The notes beneath the pieces are model-generated. The model was not told the origin of the DNA. It was given only the letters and a program-made list of their open reading frames with translations, and did not search any database. DNA of 62,563 nucleotides, the filler included, from Pseudomonadota bacterium (GTDB lineage: Bacteria > Desulfobacterota > Desulfobacteria > Desulfobacterales > JBDRRP01), in NCBI GenBank assembly GCA_043825735.1. It is 5 parts of 5 records of this genome, joined end to end, with 100 filler letters (N's around TTAATTAATTAA, not from the genome) between each part and the next. Parts side by side here need not be neighbours in the genome. Positions count along the whole stretch, not along the records: positions 47,826 to 55,078 come from JBDRRP010000080.1; positions 55,179 to 62,563 come from JBDRRP010000082.1; 3 more parts are not named here. One strand, given 5' to 3'. Positions 48,791-58,041 of the stretch are shown piece after piece. The translations under genes were made by a program, and so were the position numbers. Each line of letters opens with the position of its first letter. Position 1 is the first letter of the stretch.

Positions 48791-49628
48791 TTATCCGTAG
48801 ATGGTCTCAACCCACCGAATGGCCTCCTTGTCGCTCACCTTGCCCAGATAACGTTGCGTCGTGGACAGGTTCGCATGTCTGAGGATAACCTTGCTGACGA
48901 TCTCTAAGGGAGCGCCGGCACGGGATGCGTAGGTGGCTGCATGGCGCCGGAGATCGTGGGGCCTCAGATGGATACCGACCTTCTTGCCAGCTTTTCTGAC
49001 TACCTCCCGGGCGGCAGTATACTGGATCTGAAAAATCCTTTCATCACGGGAAAGGTTCTTGTCCCGGATATAGAGTTTCAACCGGTCTGCCACCTTCTGC
49101 GGAATGAACACCACCTCAGAGCTTTTCCCACTTTTTGGCCTGATGAGGCGCAGCTTCTGGTCGTCGGCGTCCTCCACCTTCAATTTCAGCACCTCACCAA
49201 TGCGCATACCGCCCCTGGCCATGAGCTCCAGCATGATCCGGTTCCGGACATTATCGGTTCGGAAAATGATCTCATCGACCACGTCCTTTTCAAGGATGTT
49301 CCAGTGCCGACCTTTGGAGGGCCGGAACGTTTTCCTGAGCAGGGGTGTGTCGCAGGGATTGTGCAGATCGCGCTGGATGTTGTTGCGGATGAAATTGAAA
49401 AACGATTTGAGGAGGGTGTACTTGTAGCGTTTGGTGGATCGTTTAAGGCCTTCAGTGACCGAGGTCAGAAAGGCCAGAATGTCGTCCGGTGAAACGACCT
49501 CAACCCCGCGGCCTCCGTACCGCTCACCGAACTTGCGAAGATACAATTCATTGTTCTTGACCGCATTTTTTTCCAGAATTGAGCCTCTGATAATCCATGT
49601 ACCGGTCGATGGCCTCTAAAATTTTCAT
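48791..49628 (-). CDS. Tyrosine recombinase/integrase, split by a +1 frameshift at GGA7
   Basis: GMRIGE, K, HDLRR, ILRHANLSTTQRY catalytic set; AAGGAGG RBS + ATG 49628; frames switch at the T7 run 49566-49572. Confidence 0.88.
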
Positions 49629-49717
49629 GGCAGCCTCCTTTCGGCTTTGAAAAGTTTTGACAGCAGGCGCTCAGGCCTGTTAAGACCAGAATACCTGTTT
49701 CAAGGTGCAAAATTTAT

Positions 49718-49756
49718 ATGATTCAGGAATATTACCGATAGTGGCAAACAGTGCTC
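49718..49756 (+). repeat. 39-bp motif shared with 38385-38423 (putative recombination site)
   Basis: ATGATTcaggaATATTACCgATAgTGGCAAACAGTGCTC, about 90 bp upstream of the integrase start. Confidence 0.7.
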
Positions 49757-50046
49757 GGTCCCTCAGGGCCACTGCATCAACCGAGGGTTAGTGGTGCCAT
49801 TCCTCGGCTCTGCCTTCTTCTGTTTCCTATATGTTTGCGTTTACAGCCCATTGTGGCGTACTCTCATACCGTAACTCGAACTGGCCATTCATTACCGCTG
49901 ACCTGGGCCTTATACTGTTGTAAATACCATCAGTATCCTTCGGTTTTATAGCACTCGAGGATGCCAGCGGCGATCATCCCCCCAGCAGGCGATTTCAAGT
50001 CAATCTCTTGATTCTTTTTATCCTTTCAAATGAATGGGTAACGATC

Positions 50047-53000
50047 ATGGCGATAAAAAAGAAAAAACCGCGGCCCGTCAAAGAGAATTTGTCCAAAAAA
50101 GACGAACCAGAGAAGAAACCGGAAGATGGGGGTTTTCCCATCGTGGGGATCGGCGCCTCGGCCGGTGGACTGGCGGCTTTTGAGGCTTTCTTTTCCGGCA
50201 TGCCTGCAGACAAGGACCCCGGCATGGCCTTTGTCCTGGTGCAGCACCTGGCCCCGGACCACAAGAGCATCCTCACCGATCTCATCCAGCGATACACCCG
50301 CATGCAGGTCTTCGAGGTCGAAGACGGGATGGCCGTGCGCCCCAACTGTGCCTACATCATCCCCCCAAACCGTGACATGGCTCTTTTGAACGGAACGCTC
50401 CAATTGATGGAACCATCGGCCCCGCGCGGCCAGCGTCTGCCCATTGACTTCTTTTTCCGCTCGTTGGCGCAGGACCAGCGCGAGCGGGCCATCTGCATCG
50501 TGCTTTCGGGCACCGGCAGCGACGGCACTCTTGGCGTTCGGGCCATCAAGGGCGAGGGGGGCATGGTCATGGCCCAAAACCCGGATTCCACAGAATACGA
50601 CGGGATGCCGCGAAGCGCCATCGCGACCGGCATGGTCGACTACGAGCTGCCGCCGGCCGAGATGCCGGCCCAGATCATTTCCTACGTGGCCCATGCCTTC
50701 GGAAAACCCCAGCGCTCCGCCACCGCCCAGGCGCCCAAGGCCGAGAACGCATTGAAAAAGATTTTCATCGTACTGCGCGCCCAGACCGGCCATGACTTTT
50801 CCCAGTACAAACCGAACACCATCAGCCGCCGTATCGAGCGGCGCATGGCCGTCCACCAGATCGAAACGATCGAGGTCTACCTCAAGTATTTGCAGCAGAC
50901 GACTGCGGAGGTGGAAGCGCTTTTCCGCGATCTGTTGATCGGTGTCACCAATTTTTTCCGCGATCCGGAGGCCTTCAAGGCGCTTGAGGAAAAGGCCATT
51001 CCCAAGCTCTTTGCCGGCAGGCCCGCAGACGCAGTGATCCGCGCCTGGTCAACGGGATGCTCCACCGGTGAGGAAGCCTATTCCATCGCCATACTGCTGC
51101 AGGAACGCCTCGATGTGTTGAAGCGACATTTCAAGGTGCAGGTTTTCGCCACAGACATTGACAGCCAGGCGATTGCCACGGCCCGGGCCGGCATTTATCC
51201 GGCCAGTATCGCCGCCGATATATCGCCGGAGCGTCTGGCGCGTTTTTTTTCGGCCGAGCCCAATGGGAAGGACGGCGGGCCGAGCGCCTACCGCATCCAC
51301 AAAAGCATCCGGGACATGCTGGTCTTTTCCGAGCAAAATGTTATCAAAGACCCGCCTTTTTCCAAACTCGATCTCATCAGTTGCCGCAACCTGTTGATCT
51401 ATATGGGCGGGGAGCTGCAAAAAAAGCTCATGCCCCTGTTTCACTACTCGCTGAGACCGGGCGGTTTTCTCTTTCTTGGCACCTCGGAGACCGTGGGAGA
51501 CTTTGGCGATATGTTTGCCGTGCTGGACCGAAAATTGAAGCTTTATCAACGCAAGGAGGATATTCACAGCGCGCAGCGCGCGGCCCTGGGCCGGTTTCTG
51601 CCGCCCATAACGGCGATCGATGAAGCGCTGCCGCGGCCCCCCGAAAAGGTGGCCGTCGCCGGGAAACTGCCGCTTCGGGAGCTGACCGAACAGGCGCTGC
51701 TGCAGCAGGTCGCCCCGGCCGGCGCGCTCGTCAATGGACACGGCGACATTCTCTATCTCCACGGCCGCACCGGTCTATACCTTGAGCCGGCTCCGGGTGA
51801 GGCTGGAATCAGCAACATCTTGAAGATGGCCCGCGAAGGGCTGCGGCGCGATCTGACCACGGCCCTTCACAAGGCCGCATCGAGCAAAGAGATCGTTTGC
51901 CGTCCGGGCCTTCTCGTCAAAACCAACGGCGATTTTACAACGGTCAAGCTGACAGTCCGCCAGGTAGCCGCCGGCCCTGCCGCGATGCCTGAGACGCCAC
52001 TTTATCTGGTCACCCTCGAGGAAGCGCAGCCCTTTGCCCCGGAACAGGCGCAAGAGGCCGCCGCCTATCATGCCGGCGAAGGCGCGGGCGGCCTCGATTC
52101 GACAGCCGCCGATGCGCGCATCGAAGCACTAAAGCAGGAACTGCGGGCCAAGGAGGAATACCTCCAGAGCACCAACGAAGAGCTGGAGACCTCCAACGAA
52201 GAGCTCAAGTCCTCCAACGAGGAGATGCAGTCAGTCAACGAAGAATTGCAGTCCACCAACGAGGAGCTCGAGACCTCCAAGGAGGAATTGCAATCGGTCA
52301 ACGAGGAACTGGCCACGGTCAACGCCGAGCTTCAAACAAAGGTCGCGGATTTATCGCGAGCCAATAACGACATGAACAATCTGCTGGGCGGCACGGGCAT
52401 CGGTACCGTTTTTGTGGATTTTCAACTGCGCATCCTGCGCTTCACCCCAACCGCCACCAGTATCATCAATTTGATCCAGAGCGATATCGGCCGGCCCGTG
52501 GGCCACATCGTTTCCAATCTGGCGGGCTACGACAATCTATTGGCGGACACGCAATCTGTGCTGGACACTTTGCTGCCCAAAGAGACGCAGGTGCAGACCA
52601 AGGGGGGCAAGTGGTACACGATGCGCATCCAGCCCTATCGCACGGTCGACAACGTGATCGAAGGCGCGGTGATCACATTTGTGGACATCACCGAGGTAAA
52701 GCAAGCGCAAATAGCGCTGCAAAAGGCCAATGCGCTGAACCGTCTGGCGGTGGTGGTGCGCGACGCGCATGATGCCATCACCGTGCAGGATCTGGATGGC
52801 CGCATCATTGCCTGGAACCCTGGAGCGGAGAGAATGTATGGCTGGAGCGAGGCCGAGGCCCTTCTTATGAACATCTGCGACCGGACCCCGGAAGGGCTGC
52901 GCGAGGACGCGTTGGCCATTGTCCATCAGCTGAGCCAGGCTGAAGTGATAGAGCCTTATCGCACACAACGGATCACCAAAGAGGGCGCTGTCGTGGAGGT

Positions 53001-53124
53001 ATCTGTGATCTCAACTGCGTTAATAAATGAGAACGGGCAGATGTATGCCATTGCGACAACCGAACGGCCGATAGCTCCACGCAAAGGGTCCACGGTGGAG
53101 GTGCAAAATGACCCGCAAGAATAA
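50047..53124 (+). CDS. CheB/CheR fusion protein with coiled coil and PAS domains
   Basis: GASAGG, VQH, SGTGSDG (CheB); [17 protein letters not shown] (CheR); ELQSxNEEL heptads; C-terminal PAS. Confidence 0.92.
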   Translation: MAIKKKKPRPVKENLSKKDEPEKKPEDGGFPIVGIGASAGGLAAFEAFFSGMPADKDPGMAFVLVQHLAPDHKSILTDLIQRYTRMQVFEVEDGMAVRPNCAYIIPPNRDMALLNGTLQLMEPSAPRGQRLPIDFFFRSLAQDQRERAICIVLSGTGSDGTLGVRAIKGEGGMVMAQNPDSTEYDGMPRSAIATGMVDYELPPAEMPAQIISYVAHAFGKPQRSATAQAPKAENALKKIFIVLRAQTGHDFSQYKPNTISRRIERRMAVHQIETIEVYLKYLQQTTAEVEALFRDLLIGVTNFFRDPEAFKALEEKAIPKLFAGRPADAVIRAWSTGCSTGEEAYSIAILLQERLDVLKRHFKVQVFATDIDSQAIATARAGIYPASIAADISPERLARFFSAEPNGKDGGPSAYRIHKSIRDMLVFSEQNVIKDPPFSKLDLISCRNLLIYMGGELQKKLMPLFHYSLRPGGFLFLGTSETVGDFGDMFAVLDRKLKLYQRKEDIHSAQRAALGRFLPPITAIDEALPRPPEKVAVAGKLPLRELTEQALLQQVAPAGALVNGHGDILYLHGRTGLYLEPAPGEAGISNILKMAREGLRRDLTTALHKAASSKEIVCRPGLLVKTNGDFTTVKLTVRQVAAGPAAMPETPLYLVTLEEAQPFAPEQAQEAAAYHAGEGAGGLDSTAADARIEALKQELRAKEEYLQSTNEELETSNEELKSSNEEMQSVNEELQSTNEELETSKEELQSVNEELATVNAELQTKVADLSRANNDMNNLLGGTGIGTVFVDFQLRILRFTPTATSIINLIQSDIGRPVGHIVSNLAGYDNLLADTQSVLDTLLPKETQVQTKGGKWYTMRIQPYRTVDNVIEGAVITFVDITEVKQAQIALQKANALNRLAVVVRDAHDAITVQDLDGRIIAWNPGAERMYGWSEAEALLMNICDRTPEGLREDALAIVHQLSQAEVIEPYRTQRITKEGAVVEVSVISTALINENGQMYAIATTERPIAPRKGSTVEVQNDPQE

Positions 53125-53911
53125 CCGGCCAGATGATGCCGTCGAACTTCGCCGGCGTGCCGAAGAGATCATCCGGGAAAAAGCGGCGCAGTCGCCGGAA
53201 GATCTTGAGGCGCTCTCTCCAGAAAAAATGAGAGAGATGCTCCATGAGCTGAGGGTGCATCAGATTGAGCTCGATATGCAAAACGAGGAATTGCGAAGGG
53301 CTCAGGTAGATCTGGAAGCTACGCGGCAGCGCTATTTCGACCTTTATGACCTGGCCCCTGTGGGCTATTGCACCATATCCGAAAAGGGGCTGATCTTGGA
53401 AGCCAATCTCACCGCCGCAACCCTTTTGAGCGTGAGCCGGAGTGCGCTGGTCAAACAACCGCTCACCCGGTTCATCCTCAGTGAAGACCAGGACATCTAC
53501 TATCGGCACCGCAAACAGCTCTTTGAGACCGGCGAGCCGCAGGCGTGCGAACTGCGGATGGTACAACAAGACGGCACATTCTTCTGGGTGCATTTGGCAG
53601 CTACCGCCGCCCAGGAAGCGGACGGAGAGTCAATTTGCCGCGTCGTGATGAGCGACATCACCGATCGAAAGAGATCGGAGAAGGAACGGGAGTTGCTGAT
53701 ATCCGAACTGACCGATGCCATGAGGCAGGTGAAAAAACTGAGTGGGCTTTTACCAATATGCTCTTATTGCAAGAAGATTCGGGATGACCAAGGATATTGG
53801 AACCAAATTGAGTCTTACATCCATGAGCATTCGGAAGCGGAATTCAGCCACAGTGTTTGCCAAGAATGTGCCAAGAAACATTACCCCGATATGGACATCT
53901 ATGGCGGTTAA
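53108..53911 (+). CDS. PAS protein with a C-terminal Cys-rich domain
   Basis: HELRVHQIEL.MQNEEL, APVGY PAS, LLPICSYCKKIRD..SHSVCQEC. Confidence 0.8.
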   Translation: MTRKNNRPDDAVELRRRAEEIIREKAAQSPEDLEALSPEKMREMLHELRVHQIELDMQNEELRRAQVDLEATRQRYFDLYDLAPVGYCTISEKGLILEANLTAATLLSVSRSALVKQPLTRFILSEDQDIYYRHRKQLFETGEPQACELRMVQQDGTFFWVHLAATAAQEADGESICRVVMSDITDRKRSEKERELLISELTDAMRQVKKLSGLLPICSYCKKIRDDQGYWNQIESYIHEHSEAEFSHSVCQECAKKHYPDMDIYGG

Positions 53912-53989
53912 ACAGACTCAAACATAATCCTAAGCACAACTCTCGGGCACCCTGGAAACACCCACCATGCCAATCCTTGACGGTTCAAT

Positions 53990-54082
53990 ACAGTCCTTTT
54001 CGACAGTCATTCCTCGAAAATAATCCGTTCAAAATTGGTTGTATAACCAGCGGACAACGCCTATCATTGGTCTATGCCAGTC
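53990..54082 (+). repeat. Diverged direct repeat, copy 2
   Basis: See 48629-48724. Confidence 0.6.
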
Positions 54083-54365
54083 GACGAGCTTCAATAGACC
54101 AATATCTGACTCATTCCATCGGTGCACATTTTTCTGTGCATCCTGAGCTCATCTAATGGAATCGTAACGGCTTCATCCGCACCTCCTTGCGGTCCGCGCC
54201 TCCCAGTACTGGGCACACTGGGGGGCGCTTCTTTGTTTAACCCAGGCGCCACCATTAATTCCGCACCTTCCTCAGTCTCACCTACCGACGAATAAACTAA
54301 CCTCCCTTACTGGTAGAGACCGATTTTTTTTGTGTCTCGAAATCCAAATATCAGGAGGTTCACAC

Positions 54366-54644
54366 ATGAACACGAGTGAGAAAACATTTTCAATTGGCGA
54401 TGCAGCCCGGTTTGCCGGGGTGACCGCCAGACAGCTCAGAAACTGGCAGGACTGCGGTTATCTGGGCGAGGTCGAAAGAGTGGTATGCGGTGACCGCGCG
54501 TACCGGCGATACACACTGAAGCAGGTCAGTCTCATCGAAAAGATTGCCGAGTATCTCAACAAAGGATTCACCCTCAAGATGGCAGCGCAGATGGCAGGTG
54601 AGGATTATCCAACGGTTGTGAAGGGAGGTGGCCATAATGCGTAG
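54366..54644 (+). CDS. MerR-type HTH protein, copy 2
   Basis: Near-identical to 47014-47292. Confidence 0.82.
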   Translation: MNTSEKTFSIGDAARFAGVTARQLRNWQDCGYLGEVERVVCGDRAYRRYTLKQVSLIEKIAEYLNKGFTLKMAAQMAGEDYPTVVKGGGHNA

Positions 54645-54837
54645 AAGGATACCGCCTAAAACACCCCAGGTGAAAACCTGTCCGTTGCTTGGAGAGAACT
54701 GTCTCAAGTCCGGCTGCGAAATTTTCAACGAGCTCTTGGACCGGTGCGATCTGTCCGTTCTCTCGTACAATCTTTACCGATTGTCGGAGGCAATGAAGCG
54801 GAATCTTGAAGCCGAGAGCAAACCAGAGCTTCGATAA
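54637..54837 (+). CDS. Small Cys-rich hypothetical protein, copy 2
   Basis: Near-identical to 47285-47485. Confidence 0.7.
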   Translation: MRRRIPPKTPQVKTCPLLGENCLKSGCEIFNELLDRCDLSVLSYNLYRLSEAMKRNLEAESKPELR

Positions 54838-54886
54838 GAATTATAGCCCGTTCTTTTTTGGGGCGGGCGAGTTTTAAGAAATATCA

Positions 54887-55078
54887 GTGAATAAAAGGAG
54901 AATAACAATGGACCAGAGAATGATAGAGATGAGGCAGAAATTTTTTAACATGTACAAACACAATTACCAGCTATCGAATGGAGAGTACGACCTTGCTGGA
55001 ATCATTGGGATATATGCGATTTGGGGATGCGAGTTGACTCCAGACGAAAAAGCCTATTGGAATTATCTCCAATCGGAA
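54887..55078 (+). CDS. Hypothetical protein, copy 2, truncated
   Basis: Near-identical to 47534-47725. Confidence 0.5.
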
Positions 55079-55178
55079 NNNNNNNNNNNNNNNNNNNNNN
55101 NNNNNNNNNNNNNNNNNNNNNNTTAATTAATTAANNNNNNNNNNNNNNNNNNNNNNNNNNNNNNNNNNNNNNNNNNNN
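55079..55178. other. Artificial contig linker
   Basis: N run with TTAATTAATTAA. Confidence 0.98.
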
Positions 55179-55179
55179 C

Positions 55180-55428
55180 CAGGCCGAGCAGATGCGCGCC
55201 TTTGTGGGCGAACTGATGGCGCTGGTCAATGGCGGCGACCACGGCCTAGAAACCCGAGACAATGCGGGCGCCGGATCCGGCGTCATAAAGATCAGAAAAG
55301 CAATGCATCTGCCCCGGAAACAGGCGGGCAAACGCGCACCCCAGGCCATCGCCCATCAGGGACTGGCCGCCTCACGGGACCATAGAAAACTGATCCCGCT
55401 GGACGATGAAGCGTTTCAGGACTTCTAA
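55180..55428 (+). CDS. Methyl-accepting chemotaxis protein, C-terminal fragment
   Basis: QAEQM..FV.EL..LV.G and the IPLDDEAFQDF pentapeptide-type tail. Confidence 0.7.
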   Translation, partial: QAEQMRAFVGELMALVNGGDHGLETRDNAGAGSGVIKIRKAMHLPRKQAGKRAPQAIAHQGLAASRDHRKLIPLDDEAFQDF

Positions 55429-55750
55429 TCCAGAAAACATCAGACCTCCGGAGGGCGGACCGACACCTTGCCCTCCGGAGGCATCCCGGGCATATCACAA
55501 CGGGAATTCGGTAATCGGTCAGATATCCGGGTTCGGCGGGATGAGGCTGCGGCACTTTTAACTCCCTACATGATCGCCCTCATGGAAGTCAATGCTAAAG
55601 TTGAACGTCGAATTCAGGGACTTTTCCGCCGAGGGTCTATGGCGGATTCGGAGATCAACTGTTTTTCAGGAAATTTGCTCAATTGGGGAACAGTGTCAAA
55701 TGAAGCGGGGTCTGCCCAAAAGGCAGCATTCAAGCGAGATGAAGAATGAC

Positions 55751-56695
55751 TCAACGCGGCAGGAGAATTTCAGTAGCGCCCTTGCCGTAGGCAGCGGAGC
55801 CTGTGTGAAGATGCTTTTCATCTCCGCCGCCATACAGGAAGCGACGCGCGTTTTCCATGAGGACCCCGGCCTCAATATCCGGTGGCAGTCGCAATTTTCT
55901 GACTCGCTCAACGTACGCCATCCCCAATCGCATATCATGGGAAGCGATCGCGTCACTGCCCAGCATTACACGGTCGGGATAATCCAATATGAAGTCGCGA
56001 TAGGATGCCGGTGCCGTATCGATGTGGGGGCCGAGACTTGAGATGTCGGTCATCAATCCGTCGTAGCGATCGAGCAGTCCTGCCATGCGTTTTCGACTGA
56101 ATCCGAAGTGCGGGACGTTTACCCGTAAAAGAGGATGCGCTTGCAGGCACTCTTCGACAAATCCGGAATGCAATGAGAGATCCGCATGGTACACCAGTGG
56201 GACGTTGAGGCGTGAGGAAGCTTCGAACACTGCCCGCTGGGCGTCCAGGTAATCGGCCCGGGAGAGGCCGGGAACCCGGCGTAACGGCGGCATGCGCATT
56301 TTGGCACCATCTTCCTCTTCTATGATGATGCTCTTCAGCCCGGCGTGGCCGTCTCCCCACCAAACTGCAAGGTCCGTGTTGCCGTCCCATCCCCGAACGT
56401 CGAGAAACGAGAGCACTTTCATTTTTCGGGGGCGCGCTCTCCAGCGTCGGTCAAAATCCAACCAGGATTGAAGATCGTCGTTGGCCGTGCGTGCCGTGTT
56501 AAGCCCTGTGAGTTCCTGATATGCGCCTGGAATCATATCAAAAACCTTTTCCGGTGATGCGCCGAGTCCCGGCAAAGGAAAAACCACCACCGTCTCAAAC
56601 CCTTCAGCTTCCAGCCACTCCAGTTCAGTGATTACATCGACCGGATCCCTGCCGAACAAACACCAATGGGTATGGATATCTATGAATCCGGACAA
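55751..56695 (-). CDS. Amidohydrolase family protein (TIM barrel)
   Basis: IDIHTH, VYH, PHFG, RVMLGSD, ENARR; likely TTG start 14 nt after the att repeat. Confidence 0.78.
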   Translation of the reverse strand: MSGFIDIHTHWCLFGRDPVDVITELEWLEAEGFETVVVFPLPGLGASPEKVFDMIPGAYQELTGLNTARTANDDLQSWLDFDRRWRARPRKMKVLSFLDVRGWDGNTDLAVWWGDGHAGLKSIIIEEEDGAKMRMPPLRRVPGLSRADYLDAQRAVFEASSRLNVPLVYHADLSLHSGFVEECLQAHPLLRVNVPHFGFSRKRMAGLLDRYDGLMTDISSLGPHIDTAPASYRDFILDYPDRVMLGSDAIASHDMRLGMAYVERVRKLRLPPDIEAGVLMENARRFLYGGGDEKHLHTGSAAYGKGATEILLPR

Positions 56696-56708
56696 ATTTC
56701 CTATCCTT

Positions 56709-56738
56709 TGGTGCCCGGGGCCGGAATTGAACCGGCAC
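56709..56738 (-). repeat. att site: copy of the tRNA-Leu 3' end
   Basis: TGGTGCCCGGGGCCGGAATTGAACCGGCAC identical to 62000-62029. Confidence 0.92.
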
Positions 56739-56799
56739 AATCACTCACTGATAAACCCGGGCCGGTCATCTTGAAAAAACAAAACCGGCAGCCGTAACA

Positions 56800-58041
56800 T
56801 CACTTCTGCACGCTAAAAGGCCGTTCTTCAGCCTGGCGCTCAAATTCCGCTGTAAAGAAAAACGTGCTGCCCTGGTCCGGTTCACTCTCCGCCCAGATCC
56901 TGCCGCCCATCATTTCTACCAGGCTTTTGGAGATATAGAGTCCAAGCCCGAGTCCCTCGTACAACCGGGTGTCTGAGGTATCTACCTGGGTGAAGGGCTC
57001 ATCGAACAGTTTTGCCAGGTTGTCCGCGTCAATCCCGATCCCCCGGTCGGCAATCGAGAATTGAAAAGCGGCCTTCCGTTCTGATTTGCTGGTGGTCTTA
57101 ATTCCGATGGTGATGTCGGCTTTTTCCTTTGAAAACTTGACCGCGTTGCTGACCAGGTTGCCAAAAACGCGTGTTAAGCGCCGAGAGTCTCCCTTCAGGG
57201 CATTGGGCAACTCCGGTTCAATTTCCAGGCGGCAACAGCCATTTCCGGTGCTCACTCTTTTCACGGTATCTTCAACAACGGTTTCCAGAAGAAAATTGCT
57301 TTTCTCCAACCTTAATACACCGGTACCGATCTCCGCCACAACGAGAATATCGCTGATGATAGCGTTGAGGTCCTTGGCCCGCTCCCGGATCGTCTGGACA
57401 TAATCGGCCTGCTTGTCATCCAGACCGGTATACCCCAGGAGGCTGTTGAAACCGATGATGGCGTTGAGCGGCGTTAACAGTTCGTGGCTGATGGTATGCA
57501 AGAAGTCGGTCTTGGCCCGGTTGGCGGCTTCCGCTTGAATGGTCAGCTGTTTTTCATTTTTAAGCAGTTCCCGCAGGTTCCGGTTGGCAGCCTCCACGGT
57601 AGCCTTTGACTTTTGGATTTCCAGGGTGCGCGCTTGCACCAGATCCTCCAGGTGCAACTGGTACAGCTCTCTTTCCAGGTGGTGTTTGACACGCACTTTC
57701 ACGATGGCCGGGCTGATCGGCTTGGTGATGTAATCGACGGCCCCGCATTCCAGGCCCTTGGTTTCATAACCGACATCGCTCATGGCGGTAATGAAAATAA
57801 CCGGGATGTGCACAGTGCTTTCGTTTTCCTTGAGCCTGCGGCAGACCTCGTAGCCGTCCATGTCCGGCATCAGGATATCCAGCAGGATCAGGTCCGGCAC
57901 AGGATCGGCCTGTGCCCGCTGCAGGGCCTGTTCACCGTTTTTGGCAACAATGGTCTTGTATTCAGACTGCAGCGCCTCCACGAGAATGCTGATATTGACA
58001 GGTTCGTCATCCACCACCAGAATTTTCTGTTTATTCATCAT
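56800..58041 (-). CDS. Receiver-histidine kinase hybrid
   Basis: ILVVDDE..DLILLDILMP; SHELLTPL; NAVKF; D.GIG; GLGLGL. Confidence 0.9.
   Translation of the reverse strand: MMNKQKILVVDDEPVNISILVEALQSEYKTIVAKNGEQALQRAQADPVPDLILLDILMPDMDGYEVCRRLKENESTVHIPVIFITAMSDVGYETKGLECGAVDYITKPISPAIVKVRVKHHLERELYQLHLEDLVQARTLEIQKSKATVEAANRNLRELLKNEKQLTIQAEAANRAKTDFLHTISHELLTPLNAIIGFNSLLGYTGLDDKQADYVQTIRERAKDLNAIISDILVVAEIGTGVLRLEKSNFLLETVVEDTVKRVSTGNGCCRLEIEPELPNALKGDSRRLTRVFGNLVSNAVKFSKEKADITIGIKTTSKSERKAAFQFSIADRGIGIDADNLAKLFDEPFTQVDTSDTRLYEGLGLGLYISKSLVEMMGGRIWAESEPDQGSTFFFTAEFERQAEERPFSVQK

Larger units (their letters stand above)
54289..55078 (+). repeat. ~790-bp module, copy 2
   Basis: Near-identical to 46937-47725. 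Confidence 0.95.

Noticed and set aside
52150..52330. 21-nt periodic repeats (ACCAACGAAGAGCTG-like)
   Set aside because: Coding heptad repeats of the CheBR coiled coil, not a CRISPR or DNA repeat element.
56709..56738. Second tRNA gene
   Set aside because: Only the T-arm and acceptor 3' strand are present; it is an att duplication.
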